A DNA stretch of 32,000 nucleotides from assembly GCF_000010065.1 (NCBI RefSeq), contig NC_006576.1, forward strand, positions 1,920,001 through 1,952,000, written 5' to 3'. The stretch is from Synechococcus elongatus PCC 6301. GTDB lineage: Bacteria; Cyanobacteriota; Cyanobacteriia; Synechococcales; Synechococcaceae. The stretch's first letter is position 1. Each line of letters opens with the position of its first letter. The position numbers and the translations under genes were made by a program. Shown here one piece after another: positions 1 to 8,451 of this stretch. The notes beneath the pieces are model-generated. The model saw only the letters and a program-made list of their open reading frames with translations, was not told where the DNA came from and did not search any database.

Positions 1-2
1 AA

Positions 3-1103
3 GCCTCTCGCTTCACCCATTCCCTCGGGGTGATGCAGGTTGCTCGCCGTGCCTTTGCCCCGATCGCAGCTGATTGGCCCGAATTGGCAGTGCATCGACC
101 GGCGTTGCTCTGTGCGGCACTGCTACATGACTTAGGCCATACGGCCTTTAGCCACACCGGCGAGGAGATTTTCCACTGCCAACATGAGCAGTGGACAGCC
201 CGGCTAATCACTGAGGACTCTCCGATTCGGCGGGTGCTAGCCGATTACGATCCGGCGCTGCCGGAGCAAGTTCTTGCGGTCTATCGCAAGCAATATCAGC
301 CCTTGCTGATCAGCCGCCTGATCACCAGCCAGCTCGATTGCGATCGCTTGGACTATCTGCTGCGCGATAGCTATTTCACGGGGGCAAGTTACGGGCGTCT
401 GGATCTCGATCGCATTTTGTCAGCACTGCGCTTCGACTCTGAGAGCGGCGAGTTAGCTGTGGCGGAGAAGGGATTGGCGGCGATCGAGCACTACTTGGTG
501 GTGCGATCGTTCATGTATAGCCAGGTCTACAACCATCCCAAAAACATTGTGGCTGGCTGGATGTTAGTGCGAATTTTTGAGCGGGCCCGTCAGCTCTGGC
601 AGGAACAACCGCGATCGCTGTTTGTGGATCCGCTGCTCCAGCCTTGGTTTGAGCAACCCGTCACGGATCTGAGCTTGGAGGAATACCTAGCGGTCGACGA
701 CATTGTCTGCCTCTACCATCTGCAGCGTTGGCAGGACAGTGCTGATCCCCTCTTGGCCGATCTCTGCCGCCGCTACCGCGATCGCGATCTGCTTAAAGCC
801 CTCAATCTCCGTAACCTCCCTGCTGAGCAGCAGCAGACCTTACTAGAGCACAGTCAACAATTGATTCGTAACCAAGGACAGGATCCGACTGGCTATACCG
901 GCCTTTGCCAGACCCAAAGTCGTGGCTACACCCTCTACCAAAGTGGGATTCGCCTCGCCACCGATCAAGGATTATTGGAAATTAGTCAGCGATCGCCCCT
1001 GATTCGTGCCCTGTTGGAGCCACCTAGCCAAGCTTGGTTGATCTATCCGCGAGTGATCGAACAGCCCCTCAAGCAGCAATGGCAGCTCGTCCGAGGCAGC
1101 TAA
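3..1103 (+). CDS. HD-domain metal-dependent phosphohydrolase (dGTPase-like); 5' end lies outside the window
   Basis: ORF 30..1103 stays open in the same frame back to base 3 (ASRFTHSLGV...), so the N-terminus is cut by the window edge. It has the HD signature LHDLGHTAFSH and a downstream DCDRLDYLLRDSYFTG block typical of HD-superfamily hydrolases. Confidence 0.85.
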   Translation, partial: ASRFTHSLGVMQVARRAFAPIAADWPELAVHRPALLCAALLHDLGHTAFSHTGEEIFHCQHEQWTARLITEDSPIRRVLADYDPALPEQVLAVYRKQYQPLLISRLITSQLDCDRLDYLLRDSYFTGASYGRLDLDRILSALRFDSESGELAVAEKGLAAIEHYLVVRSFMYSQVYNHPKNIVAGWMLVRIFERARQLWQEQPRSLFVDPLLQPWFEQPVTDLSLEEYLAVDDIVCLYHLQRWQDSADPLLADLCRRYRDRDLLKALNLRNLPAEQQQTLLEHSQQLIRNQGQDPTGYTGLCQTQSRGYTLYQSGIRLATDQGLLEISQRSPLIRALLEPPSQAWLIYPRVIEQPLKQQWQLVRGS

Positions 1104-2191
1104 GCCCTTTGGAGTTGGATCCAGTCAGGATGTGCGTGAAGCGTTTGATAATCCGGATCCTCAGCAGCTAGAGAACGATAGGTGTCTGGATCTAGCGCGA
1201 TCGCCTGTTGGAGATCCGCGATCGCTGCGACCGGTTGATCGAGTCGGGCGTGGAGGGCGGCGCGATTGTACCAAGCCTCGGCCAAGTCTGGATTGCCTGC
1301 GATCGCCTGATCAAAAGCAGCCAATGCTGCGGTCCAGTCCTGGAGGTAAGCCCAAACGAGTCCTTGGTAGTAGGCCACCTCTGCGGCAGCTTCGCCTGTT
1401 AATTGCGGCAGAATTGCGGCGTAGCTGGCCAGCGCCTCTTCGTAGCGTTCGAGCTGCGCCAGCGTATGACCCCGTTGGATTGACAGCAGGAGGGGGCGAT
1501 CGCCCAGAAGTTCTGCGTTTTCGTAGGAGGTCAGTGCAGCTGCATACTGCCCGAGGTTGTAGAGGGCATGACCGCGCCAAGTCCAAGCCGTCGCCTGCTG
1601 CGGTTGGAGGGCGATCGCTTGATCCAAACAGCGCAAGGCCTGATCGGGTTGATCGACACTCAGGTAAATCTGCCCTAGCTGCCGCCAAGCACTGCTCTGA
1701 TCAGGGTCGATCGCCACAGACTGTTCGTAGTGACGTACTGCCTCCCGGTAGCGCCCCTGTTGCCACAGAGCAAAGCCACAGTTGGCCCACGCTTGGGCAT
1801 AGTGGGCGGCAAGGGCGATCGCTTGCTGATAACTGGCGATCGCATCCTCTAGTCGGCCCAGCTTACGCAGGACAATGCCACGGTTGTTCCAGACTTCGGG
1901 TTGCTGGCGATCGATGGCGAGGGCTTGTTCGTAGGACTCGACTGCTTCCGGTAGCCGCCCCAAATGCTCTAGGACGATCGCCCGATTATTGAGGGCTTCC
2001 TGACGCTGAGGTGTAATTTCTAACGCACAGTTGTAGCTAGCCAGTGCTTCTGTCCAGCGGTTGAGGCGCTCCAAGAGAATGCCGCGATTATTCCAGAGAG
2101 TGCAATTGCGCGGTTCATGACGCAGACGGAAATCGTAGGCCGCGAGTAGAGCCTCTAGTGATTGATGGGAGCCACCGTTCGGTATAGACAT
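1100..2191 (-). CDS. TPR-repeat protein
   Basis: The 363-aa ORF is built of many 34-residue repeats with the W-x2-G/A-x3-Y-x8-A-x3-Y/F-x2-A-L/I-x2-P pattern (e.g. AWNNRGIVL...AIASYQQAIAL). The opposite-strand 286-aa ORF is Arg/Pro-rich junk. Confidence 0.85.
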   Translation of the reverse strand: MSIPNGGSHQSLEALLAAYDFRLRHEPRNCTLWNNRGILLERLNRWTEALASYNCALEITPQRQEALNNRAIVLEHLGRLPEAVESYEQALAIDRQQPEVWNNRGIVLRKLGRLEDAIASYQQAIALAAHYAQAWANCGFALWQQGRYREAVRHYEQSVAIDPDQSSAWRQLGQIYLSVDQPDQALRCLDQAIALQPQQATAWTWRGHALYNLGQYAAALTSYENAELLGDRPLLLSIQRGHTLAQLERYEEALASYAAILPQLTGEAAAEVAYYQGLVWAYLQDWTAALAAFDQAIAGNPDLAEAWYNRAALHARLDQPVAAIADLQQAIALDPDTYRSLAAEDPDYQTLHAHPDWIQLQRA

Positions 2192-2258
2192 ATACGAATA
2201 GAGCGCAGACAGCGTTGCAGCTTATTATGGGCAGCAATGTTACTCCTGCAAGCGATTT

Positions 2259-2732
2259 ATGGCGCCCCGATATCGTCGCCTTGCGAGACTCGGACAACTC
2301 TGGAGTGACTCAGACAGTTTTCTGACGCTCGTTAGTAGTCTCGAAAAGTTCATTGCCAAGGTATTGTCGCTGGCAATGATTGTTGTGATCATTGTCTCGA
2401 CGATTGACCTCGGTATCTTCTTGGTCAAAAATTTATTTGTCTTTGATCCTTTCTTCCTCAAGTCCGCTCTATTCGAAGTTTTTGGGATGTTTTTGAGTGT
2501 CTTAATTGCCCTCGAAATCCTCGAGAATATCACCGCTTATCTCCGGCGCAATGTCATCCAAGTTGAACTAGTTGTTGCGACCTCTTTGATTGCGATCGCT
2601 CGTAAATTAATCATTCTCGACGTCAACAAAATTTCTACGGGCGAACTTTTTGGACTCGGCTTTGCAGTGCTTGCTCTAGCCATTAGCTACTGGATTGTGC
2701 GATCGGCACCCGCTCGCAATTCTCATCACTAG
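2259..2732 (+). CDS. Small integral membrane protein, PsiE-like (phosphate-starvation-inducible E family)
   Basis: The 157-aa ORF has about 4 hydrophobic helices. The block FEVFGMFLSVLIALEILENI...VELVVATSLIAIARKLIILD resembles the PsiE family from memory. The start codon is uncertain. Confidence 0.6.
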   Translation: MAPRYRRLARLGQLWSDSDSFLTLVSSLEKFIAKVLSLAMIVVIIVSTIDLGIFLVKNLFVFDPFFLKSALFEVFGMFLSVLIALEILENITAYLRRNVIQVELVVATSLIAIARKLIILDVNKISTGELFGLGFAVLALAISYWIVRSAPARNSHH

Positions 2733-2765
2733 TTGAAAAAGATTGATCAGGCAGTCTTTAAAGCT

Positions 2766-3518
2766 TTAATTCAAGCGGAAGCTAACTGAAATTACTGCAG
2801 TCATGTCTTTTTCAATCGTGCTGGTGTCGTAGCTGCCGCCATCCCCTACATCGGTGGAATTTGGGGCCGTAATTTGAAAGACCCCCGTTTCGGCACTGGC
2901 GATCGCAGCAAGCTGGCTCCCCCCTTGTTGAGCGATCGCTGCTGCCCGCTTTCGGGCATCTTCCGTTGCCTGCGCAAGTAGTTCAACCCGGTACTCTGGC
3001 AGCTTGCTGAAGGTGTAGGCCGGTGGGGCAATTTCGAGATTGACACCCTCGGTTAAGAGTTGCCCAATTTCCTGTGACAAGCCTTGAATACGGACTACTT
3101 CCTTGCTCTCAATGGTCAGCACTTGGCTGGCCCGATAGGCTGCCACTTCGTTGGTGTTGGTGCCGTTGGGCAGGGTTTGGTAAATCGGGAAGGAGTTGAT
3201 CACACCGCGCTGAATTTCTGTGGCTTGAACGCCATTGGCTTCCAAAAAGCGAACTGTGCGATCGAGATCGGGCTGGAGGGCTTCGTAGGCTGCGGCCAAG
3301 GTCGCCGCTTGTCGGTTGACGGTAATTCGCCAAGTCACGCGATCAGACGTGACGCGCTGCGTACTCGCGCCAGTCACCGTGAGGCGATCGCTACCGCGGC
3401 GCAGGTTGCTGACAACCGTGTTGCCCGTCCAAGCGAGGCCCAGCGTTAAAATCGTCAGCCCAACAACAAAATGATGCGGATGCAGTAATCTCTCGGCCCA
3501 GTGGCGAGTTTCGGTCAT
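2766..3518 (-). CDS. SIMPL/DUF541-family periplasmic protein
   Basis: The 250-aa ORF has an N-terminal membrane anchor/signal (FVVGLTILTLGLAWTG) and a two-lobed alpha/beta pattern. The C-terminal SAETGVFQITAPNS...ISVSFRL resembles the SIMPL (26-kDa periplasmic immunogenic protein) family. Family assignment is from memory. Confidence 0.7.
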   Translation of the reverse strand: MTETRHWAERLLHPHHFVVGLTILTLGLAWTGNTVVSNLRRGSDRLTVTGASTQRVTSDRVTWRITVNRQAATLAAAYEALQPDLDRTVRFLEANGVQATEIQRGVINSFPIYQTLPNGTNTNEVAAYRASQVLTIESKEVVRIQGLSQEIGQLLTEGVNLEIAPPAYTFSKLPEYRVELLAQATEDARKRAAAIAQQGGSQLAAIASAETGVFQITAPNSTDVGDGGSYDTSTIEKDMTAVISVSFRLN

Positions 3519-3720
3519 CGCTCACACCCCATACTGTCTCCATTCTTCAAAGCTGGACTGGGATTGGGGCGAACCACTGCATTCCCTTAAGACTTGTGGA
3601 GGGTATTGCCAAGCCAGGGCAGCGTGATCGCCGGAAGGGCGGCGGTGTGGCTGGCTTCAAGACGGTAAATCCCTGCTGCGGCTTGTAACAGCCTACGGGT
3701 CAGTTAGGACGATTCAGTCA

Positions 3721-3876
3721 TAGATTAGTTGAGCGTCAACCACCGCTGTCCGTGGGGGTGATCGCACACAGCTGCACTGGGAGATTGGTGTCCCTCAGTC
3801 CCTCTGCAAGAAGACTTTGGGTGAGACTGATCGGCTGAATTGCGATCGCTACGGGTAAAACGAGTCAGTGTTGACC
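3721..3876 (-). repeat. Copy A of a diverged ~150-200 nt intergenic element (inverted relative to copy B at 10867..11031)
   Basis: The reverse complement of 3721..3876 aligns by eye with 10867..11031. Identical blocks are GGTCAACAC, TTTTACCCG, GCGATCGC, CCCAGTGC and ATCACCCCCACGGACAG. Intervening segments show partial identity and a few indels. Confidence 0.6.
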
Positions 3877-4023
3877 ATGGCTTTGATGCTAATCAGCTCA
3901 AGTAAAACGTCCTAATTTGCCTGCTACATCTCATGGCATCTGCGATCGCTAAGTTGTCTGCCGCACCAGCAAGTGTCACCCCCTGCGGTAGCGTAAAGGA
4001 CGAAAGGCTTAGCTGCGCCCAGC

Positions 4024-4701
4024 ATGGACTTAGGACAAATCGAAGCAAAGCTGCGGAGCAGTGACGTCCAAGAGCGGATTCGGGCGATGACAGCGCTGCG
4101 AGCGTACGCACCGGCTGTGGCGGTGCCGCTGTTGCGAGGCTGCAGCCAAGACCCTGAATTTGTGGTGCGATCGCTGGCGGCTATGACCTTGGGCCACAAG
4201 CGCACGCCTGAGAGTTTTGCCCTTTTGCAAGGACTGCTGCACGATGACGCCGACGCCAATGTGCGGGCTGAGTCGGCTAATGCGATCGCGGCGTTTGGCG
4301 AGACTGCGCTACCAGACCTGATGCGATCGTTTCGGGAGGATCAGCATTGGCTGGTGCGCTTGAGTATTTTGGCGGCGTTGCAGGCGCTCAATCAGCCGCA
4401 GATCCTGTTTGATAGCGCGGTTTTGGCGATCGCGGATACTGACCTCAGCGTCCGGGAAGCGGCGATCGATCTACTGGCAACCTTTGCAGGCAGCCCGATG
4501 CAGACCTTTGCCCTCGACAAACTGCTGCCGTTGGCGCGATCGGAACATTGGCAGCTACGGGCTCATCTGGCGCGAGCGCTGCACTGTTTCGACCAGCACC
4601 AAGCCCGTGAAACGCTGCAAGTCCTGCGGCAGGACGACAACCATCACGTGGTAGCTGCCGTCCTTGAGGGTTCAGTGCGGCCTAGCCCTAGCCTTGGTTA
4701 A
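4024..4701 (+). CDS. HEAT-repeat protein (PBS-lyase/CpcE/NblB-like HEAT repeats)
   Basis: The 225-aa ORF has repeated ~30-aa units (D/E-x-VR-x-A/S-A-x-AL) typical of PBS-lyase HEAT-like repeats. Its 3' end overlaps the convergent gshB by 14 nt. Confidence 0.8.
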   Translation: MDLGQIEAKLRSSDVQERIRAMTALRAYAPAVAVPLLRGCSQDPEFVVRSLAAMTLGHKRTPESFALLQGLLHDDADANVRAESANAIAAFGETALPDLMRSFREDQHWLVRLSILAALQALNQPQILFDSAVLAIADTDLSVREAAIDLLATFAGSPMQTFALDKLLPLARSEHWQLRAHLARALHCFDQHQARETLQVLRQDDNHHVVAAVLEGSVRPSPSLG

Positions 4702-5659
4702 CCAGGGCTTCGAGCGCCGCGATCGTCTGGTCACCAATCGAGACGCCGTTGAGGCGATCGATTTCGCGAATCCCGGTCGGGCTAGTGACATTGACCTCGG
4801 TTAGATAGCCGCCGATCACGTCAATGCCGACGAAAAACAGGCCATCTTGGCGCAGACGCGGAGCTACCGCCGCACAGATCTCGCGATCGCGATCGGTGAT
4901 GGGCACGGCTTCGACCCGTCCGCCCACGGCCATGTTGCCGCGAAACTCCCGTCCGGTCGGCACCCGGTTGACGGCTCCCAACGGTTCGCCGTTGACCAGA
5001 ATGATCCGCTTGTCGCCGTCCTTCGCTTCTGGCAGGTACTGCTGCACCATCACCGGCAGTTGCCCTTGCTGAGTGCTGATTTCCACGAGGGAATTGAAGT
5101 TGCGATCGCCCGGATCGAGGAAGAGAATCCCCTCGCCTGCTTTACCGCCGAGTGGCTTGAGTACGGCTGCCCGCAGCTCATCCAAGAAAGCACGAATCTC
5201 GGCTTTGTTGCTACTGACCAAGGTGCGCGGTACCACCGATTGGAACTGCAGCGCGTACATCTTCTCGTTGGCGTGGCGCAGTCCTTCCGGCGAATTGACC
5301 ACACGGGTCTTTTTCGGGTCGACCAAATCCAGCAGATAGGTGGCGTAGAGATAGGCTGTGGTGACTGGCGGATCCTTGCGCATGAACACGGCAGCAAAAT
5401 CATGCAGTGATCGCCGTTTCGCTTCCCCCGCCGTGAACCAAGGGTTGGCTACCTGCCAGCGATCGCCCAGCCACTGCACCGGCTCAATTTTGAGCGGCCG
5501 CAGCAATCCCAGCGGTTCGCCCACATGCACCGACAGATCGGAGATTTCACCGATCCAGATCTCGTGGCCGCGCAGTTGAGCGGCTTCCATCAACGCAACC
5601 GTACTATCGTGGGTTGGATCGAGTGCCGCGATCGGGTCGATTAAAAATGCGAGTTTCAC
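4688..5659 (-). CDS. gshB: Glutathione synthetase
   Basis: 323 aa. The N-terminus MKLAFLIDPIAALDPTHDSTVALMEAAQ and the ATP-grasp region (VLKPLGGKAGEGI, DGDKRIILVNGEP, NVTSPTG) are typical of prokaryotic GshB. Confidence 0.95.
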   Translation of the reverse strand: MKLAFLIDPIAALDPTHDSTVALMEAAQLRGHEIWIGEISDLSVHVGEPLGLLRPLKIEPVQWLGDRWQVANPWFTAGEAKRRSLHDFAAVFMRKDPPVTTAYLYATYLLDLVDPKKTRVVNSPEGLRHANEKMYALQFQSVVPRTLVSSNKAEIRAFLDELRAAVLKPLGGKAGEGILFLDPGDRNFNSLVEISTQQGQLPVMVQQYLPEAKDGDKRIILVNGEPLGAVNRVPTGREFRGNMAVGGRVEAVPITDRDREICAAVAPRLRQDGLFFVGIDVIGGYLTEVNVTSPTGIREIDRLNGVSIGDQTIAALEALVNQG

Positions 5660-5919
5660 GCGCTAAGACCCAATAGCGGATCAAGACCACCTTGGCGATC
5701 GAGGGCATGCAGGTCGTCGCAACCACCGATGTGCTGGTCATCAATGAAAATTTGCGGCACACTCCGGCGACCGTTCGCACGCTGAGCCATGACTGCTCGT
5801 GCTGCTTCGTCTCCGTCAATCACGTATTCCTGAAACGCCACACCCTTGCGAGTGAGCAGCGCTTTCGCCCGAACACAGAAGGGGCAAGCGCTCCAAGTGT
5901 AAATTTCGACGTTGGCCAC
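5656..5919 (-). CDS. grxC: Glutaredoxin 3
   Basis: 87 aa with the CPFC active site, RRSVPQIFI and GGCDDL motifs. Its stop overlaps the gshB start by 4 nt. Confidence 0.92.
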   Translation of the reverse strand: MANVEIYTWSACPFCVRAKALLTRKGVAFQEYVIDGDEAARAVMAQRANGRRSVPQIFIDDQHIGGCDDLHALDRQGGLDPLLGLSA

Positions 5920-6014
5920 AGATGCAGATCCTTTACTACAGCGATCCTAAGCACTTCGGCCTGCTATTCTGCCACTCCGGATTGCGCTCTAGCTTTGCGA
6001 TCGCCGGTCGATGC

Positions 6015-6050
6015 AAAACAAAACCCCTGCGATCGCGCGATTAACAGGGG
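6015..6050 (-). terminator. Rho-independent terminator downstream of gatC
   Basis: The minus strand reads CCCCTG-(15 nt loop)-CAGGGG followed by TTTTGTTTT, about 33 nt after the gatC stop. Confidence 0.6.
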
Positions 6051-6083
6051 CTGTTTGGGGGTGAAAGTGCCGCGATCGATCGA

Positions 6084-6374
6084 CTATTCCTGCAAAATCT
6101 GCGGTACGCGGAAGAAGTCGCCTTCTTGATCCGGCGCAATGCTCAGCAATTCTTCGCGGTTCTCAGCCGGTTTCACGTCATCAGGCCGCGTGACGTTGAC
6201 CACCTCGATCGCACGAGTGGTGGGTTGCACATCTTCGGTGGGGAGTTCACTCAGTTGCTCAACATATTCCAAGATGCTATTGAGCTGCGTCGTGAACGGT
6301 TGTTCTTCTTCTGGCGTCAATGCCAAGCGTGCCAAGTGAGCAACTTTGTGAACCTGTTCGAGCGTAATCGACAT
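6084..6374 (-). CDS. gatC: Asp/Glu-tRNA amidotransferase subunit C
   Basis: 96 aa. The sequence [23 protein letters not shown]...FFRVPQI is the canonical GatC pattern. Confidence 0.95.
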   Translation of the reverse strand: MSITLEQVHKVAHLARLALTPEEEQPFTTQLNSILEYVEQLSELPTEDVQPTTRAIEVVNVTRPDDVKPAENREELLSIAPDQEGDFFRVPQILQE

Positions 6375-6385
6375 GGGGCAGACAG

Positions 6386-6907
6386 CTAGAAGTAAACGTC
6401 AACTTTAGAACGGCCAGTTGTTTTCAGCCAGTTCTGAGCCTCGATGTAGTTGTTGGGCGCGAGGCGAATCGCTTGGGTCCAATATTCTGCCGCTTGATCG
6501 TAGTGGCGTTCGGCTTCATCATCGTTGCCTGCTTCCTCCGATCGCTGACCGAGGAAGTGGTGAATCACCGCAATATTGTTGAGTGCCTGCGGCATTTTCG
6601 GATTCAGATCCAAGGCCTGCAGGTAATGATCCAGCGCCGTTTGGTGATCACCGTTGCTGGTGTGTACCAGTGCAATGTTGTAGAGGATGAAGCTGCGATC
6701 GATCGGATCTTCTTCCAGCGTCAGCGCCTCTTGATAGTTCTCCAGCGCTTCGGCGTATTCGCCATCGGCCTGCGCCGACATACCATCGCGATAGTAGGCA
6801 AACGCTTCCTTAGACTTCTTGTTGGTCGGCAACACCTTGAGAATCAGGTCTGCCATCACCGTAAAAGACTTGTCGATGAAGTTGTCGTTGCGCTGTGTTC
6901 TCGGCAT
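6386..6907 (-). CDS. ycf3: Photosystem I assembly protein Ycf3 (TPR)
   Basis: 173 aa. [27 protein letters not shown]... is followed by three TPR units, matching the highly conserved Ycf3 sequence. Confidence 0.95.
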   Translation of the reverse strand: MPRTQRNDNFIDKSFTVMADLILKVLPTNKKSKEAFAYYRDGMSAQADGEYAEALENYQEALTLEEDPIDRSFILYNIALVHTSNGDHQTALDHYLQALDLNPKMPQALNNIAVIHHFLGQRSEEAGNDDEAERHYDQAAEYWTQAIRLAPNNYIEAQNWLKTTGRSKVDVYF

Positions 6908-6944
6908 GGTGCCTGGGTCATCGAAGACTTACTCAGTGTAGTCT

Positions 6945-7232
6945 TCAACTCCAATCATCCTGATCCTTGTTACGGCCTTGATATATGCCGCCACGTTGAT
7001 GGATTTCTCGGGTGCGTTCAAACAGGCTAGCTTCATCCAACTGCCAGCGCTGCAGGGCCTTCTCCAAATCTCGCTGGATATCCCGCGCACCGGGAAAGCC
7101 TTGATAGCGAATTTTGAGGCGAGCCAGCTCGCAAAGGTTGAAGTCCGTCGCTTCACCCACCAGCAGGCTATCGACCGTGGTGCGATCCGATCGCCAGAGG
7201 GGATGTTCTTGATCTTTGGCCGTGTCGCTCAT
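6945..7232 (-). CDS. Conserved cyanobacterial hypothetical protein (resembles DUF3288 family, from memory)
   Basis: The 95-aa ORF has host-like codon usage and contains HIP1-type CGATCG cores. No catalytic motif was recognised. Confidence 0.65.
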   Translation of the reverse strand: MSDTAKDQEHPLWRSDRTTVDSLLVGEATDFNLCELARLKIRYQGFPGARDIQRDLEKALQRWQLDEASLFERTREIHQRGGIYQGRNKDQDDWS

Positions 7233-7320
7233 GGTGGGGAATCAGGACAAGGGCATCAGTCTGCATTGTCGAACAGCTCGTGCGATCGCCCTAAAAGAAC
7301 CCGCGATCAGATAGTGGTAC

Positions 7321-7619
7321 TTAAGCTTCGACCAGCTTTTTCACTTGCAACTCGTCTCTGCGTTGCTCTGCCTGCCCAAGCTCATACTGAGATTGCTGAT
7401 TCATCCAGCTCTCTGCCGAGGTGTCAAAGGTAATGGAGAGTCGAGTCGAATTGCCATTTCAGGGCTAATTCCTGCATGACCATTCAAAATGGCACTCAGC
7501 GTTTTCCGACTGACACCGAGCGCTGCAGCTGCTTCAGTGATCGAGATGCCCAACGGTTCAAGACATAGCTCTTTGATAATCTCTCCAGGATGCGGAGGAT
7601 TGTGCATCAGCATAGTCAT
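7321..7619 (-). pseudogene. higA: HigA-family (XRE HTH) antitoxin gene, frameshifted by a 5-bp tandem duplication; no cognate toxin gene adjacent
   Basis: ORF 7401..7619 encodes [59 protein letters not shown] and then runs into nonsense. The plus strand carries AGTCG|AGTCG at 7439..7448. Removing one unit restores ...[42 protein letters not shown] (stop at 7321..7323), a full 97-aa HigA-like protein. Confidence 0.7.
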
Positions 7620-7652
7620 TCCTCAGTGATAGTCTGGATGGCCCCGATTGCC

Positions 7653-8279
7653 TTAAAAGAACCAGCGCTGAAAAAGATGTGCCAACAGCAGCAGGATGCT
7701 AACGATCGCAGCCCCACCCAAGACTGAGAAGCGGCGATCGCTGTCGGCGGATAACCAGGGTTTGAGGAGTCGTGTCAGCCGCGGCATAATCCCCCACTGC
7801 ATGAGTGCGACGCCAATCGCATTACCGACCAAAACTGCCCCAGCTCTGCCGAGCCCTTGCAGATGCGGTGTGATCAGCAAGTTGAGCAGCAGCACGGTGG
7901 GATAGAGCGCTAGCAACACGGTCAGTGCCATCTTCCAGCTCGGGGGCTTATGGAGAAGCTGGCTAAACCAGGGAGCAAAGCCTTGAGGCAAGACGGTCTT
8001 GGAATAGCCAGCCAGTTCTGGTGGGAGCTGGGCTAAGATTTCGGCCCGCTGCGGTGAATCGAGCCAGCCTTGGAGATCTGCCGGAGTCTGGAAGTGAAGA
8101 ACAGCAATCCAGTTGGGGTCGCGATCGTTCTCGGGCGGATAGATGTCCGTGCCTTGGTAGCCATCAAATTGGGCGGCAGCAGTAGTGATTGACTGTTGCC
8201 ACACCAGATAGCAATCGGCATAGGCAGGCGGCACAGGATGGACGATCACAGCGGAGGTTCTGGCGGTATTCACATTCAT
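7653..8279 (-). CDS. ABM (antibiotic-biosynthesis-monooxygenase-like) domain fused to a C-terminal multi-pass membrane region
   Basis: 208 aa. The N-terminal ~95 aa have a ferredoxin-like ABM pattern (AVIVHPV...WIAVLHFQTPADLQGWLDSPQR). The C-terminal half has about 3 hydrophobic helices. Confidence 0.65.
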   Translation of the reverse strand: MNVNTARTSAVIVHPVPPAYADCYLVWQQSITTAAAQFDGYQGTDIYPPENDRDPNWIAVLHFQTPADLQGWLDSPQRAEILAQLPPELAGYSKTVLPQGFAPWFSQLLHKPPSWKMALTVLLALYPTVLLLNLLITPHLQGLGRAGAVLVGNAIGVALMQWGIMPRLTRLLKPWLSADSDRRFSVLGGAAIVSILLLLAHLFQRWFF

Positions 8280-8451
8280 CCGACTGCCCTACTGGGTACC
8301 ACCTTCAGCATCTTCGCAGGGGGAAGTAACTGCGCGATCGCTTAACGCTTGCGGGGAGATCTGGACTCAGGCGGGATGCTGCTGAGCGATCGTAGATAGA
8401 CGCCTCTCCGCTGGCTCCCTAGGATAGGGGAAAGATTCCAGTACCCTGTGC

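Noticed and set aside
1132-1992. 286-aa ORF antisense to the TPR gene (similar cases: 19967..20704 opposite gcvT and 27392..27883 opposite ruvA)
   Set aside because: The translations are Arg/Pro/Ser-rich nonsense. The opposite-strand genes have clear family signatures.
2758-2769. 12-bp perfect palindrome TTAAAGCTTTAA at the convergent junction of the PsiE-like and SIMPL-family genes
   Set aside because: It is too short and AT-rich to form a stable terminator stem, and it overlaps the SIMPL-gene stop codon. It is probably fortuitous.
3590-3720. Possible cobalamin riboswitch (GGTAAATCC...CTGCGGCTTGTAAC reminiscent of the GGTGAAAATCC...CCCGCCACTGTAA core)
   Set aside because: The GGGAA block and the B12-box are not convincingly present. 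The downstream gene (a HEAT-repeat protein, 300 nt away) is not a typical B12-regulated gene. Part of the segment belongs to the inverted repeat element. An Infernal scan with RF00174 would settle it.
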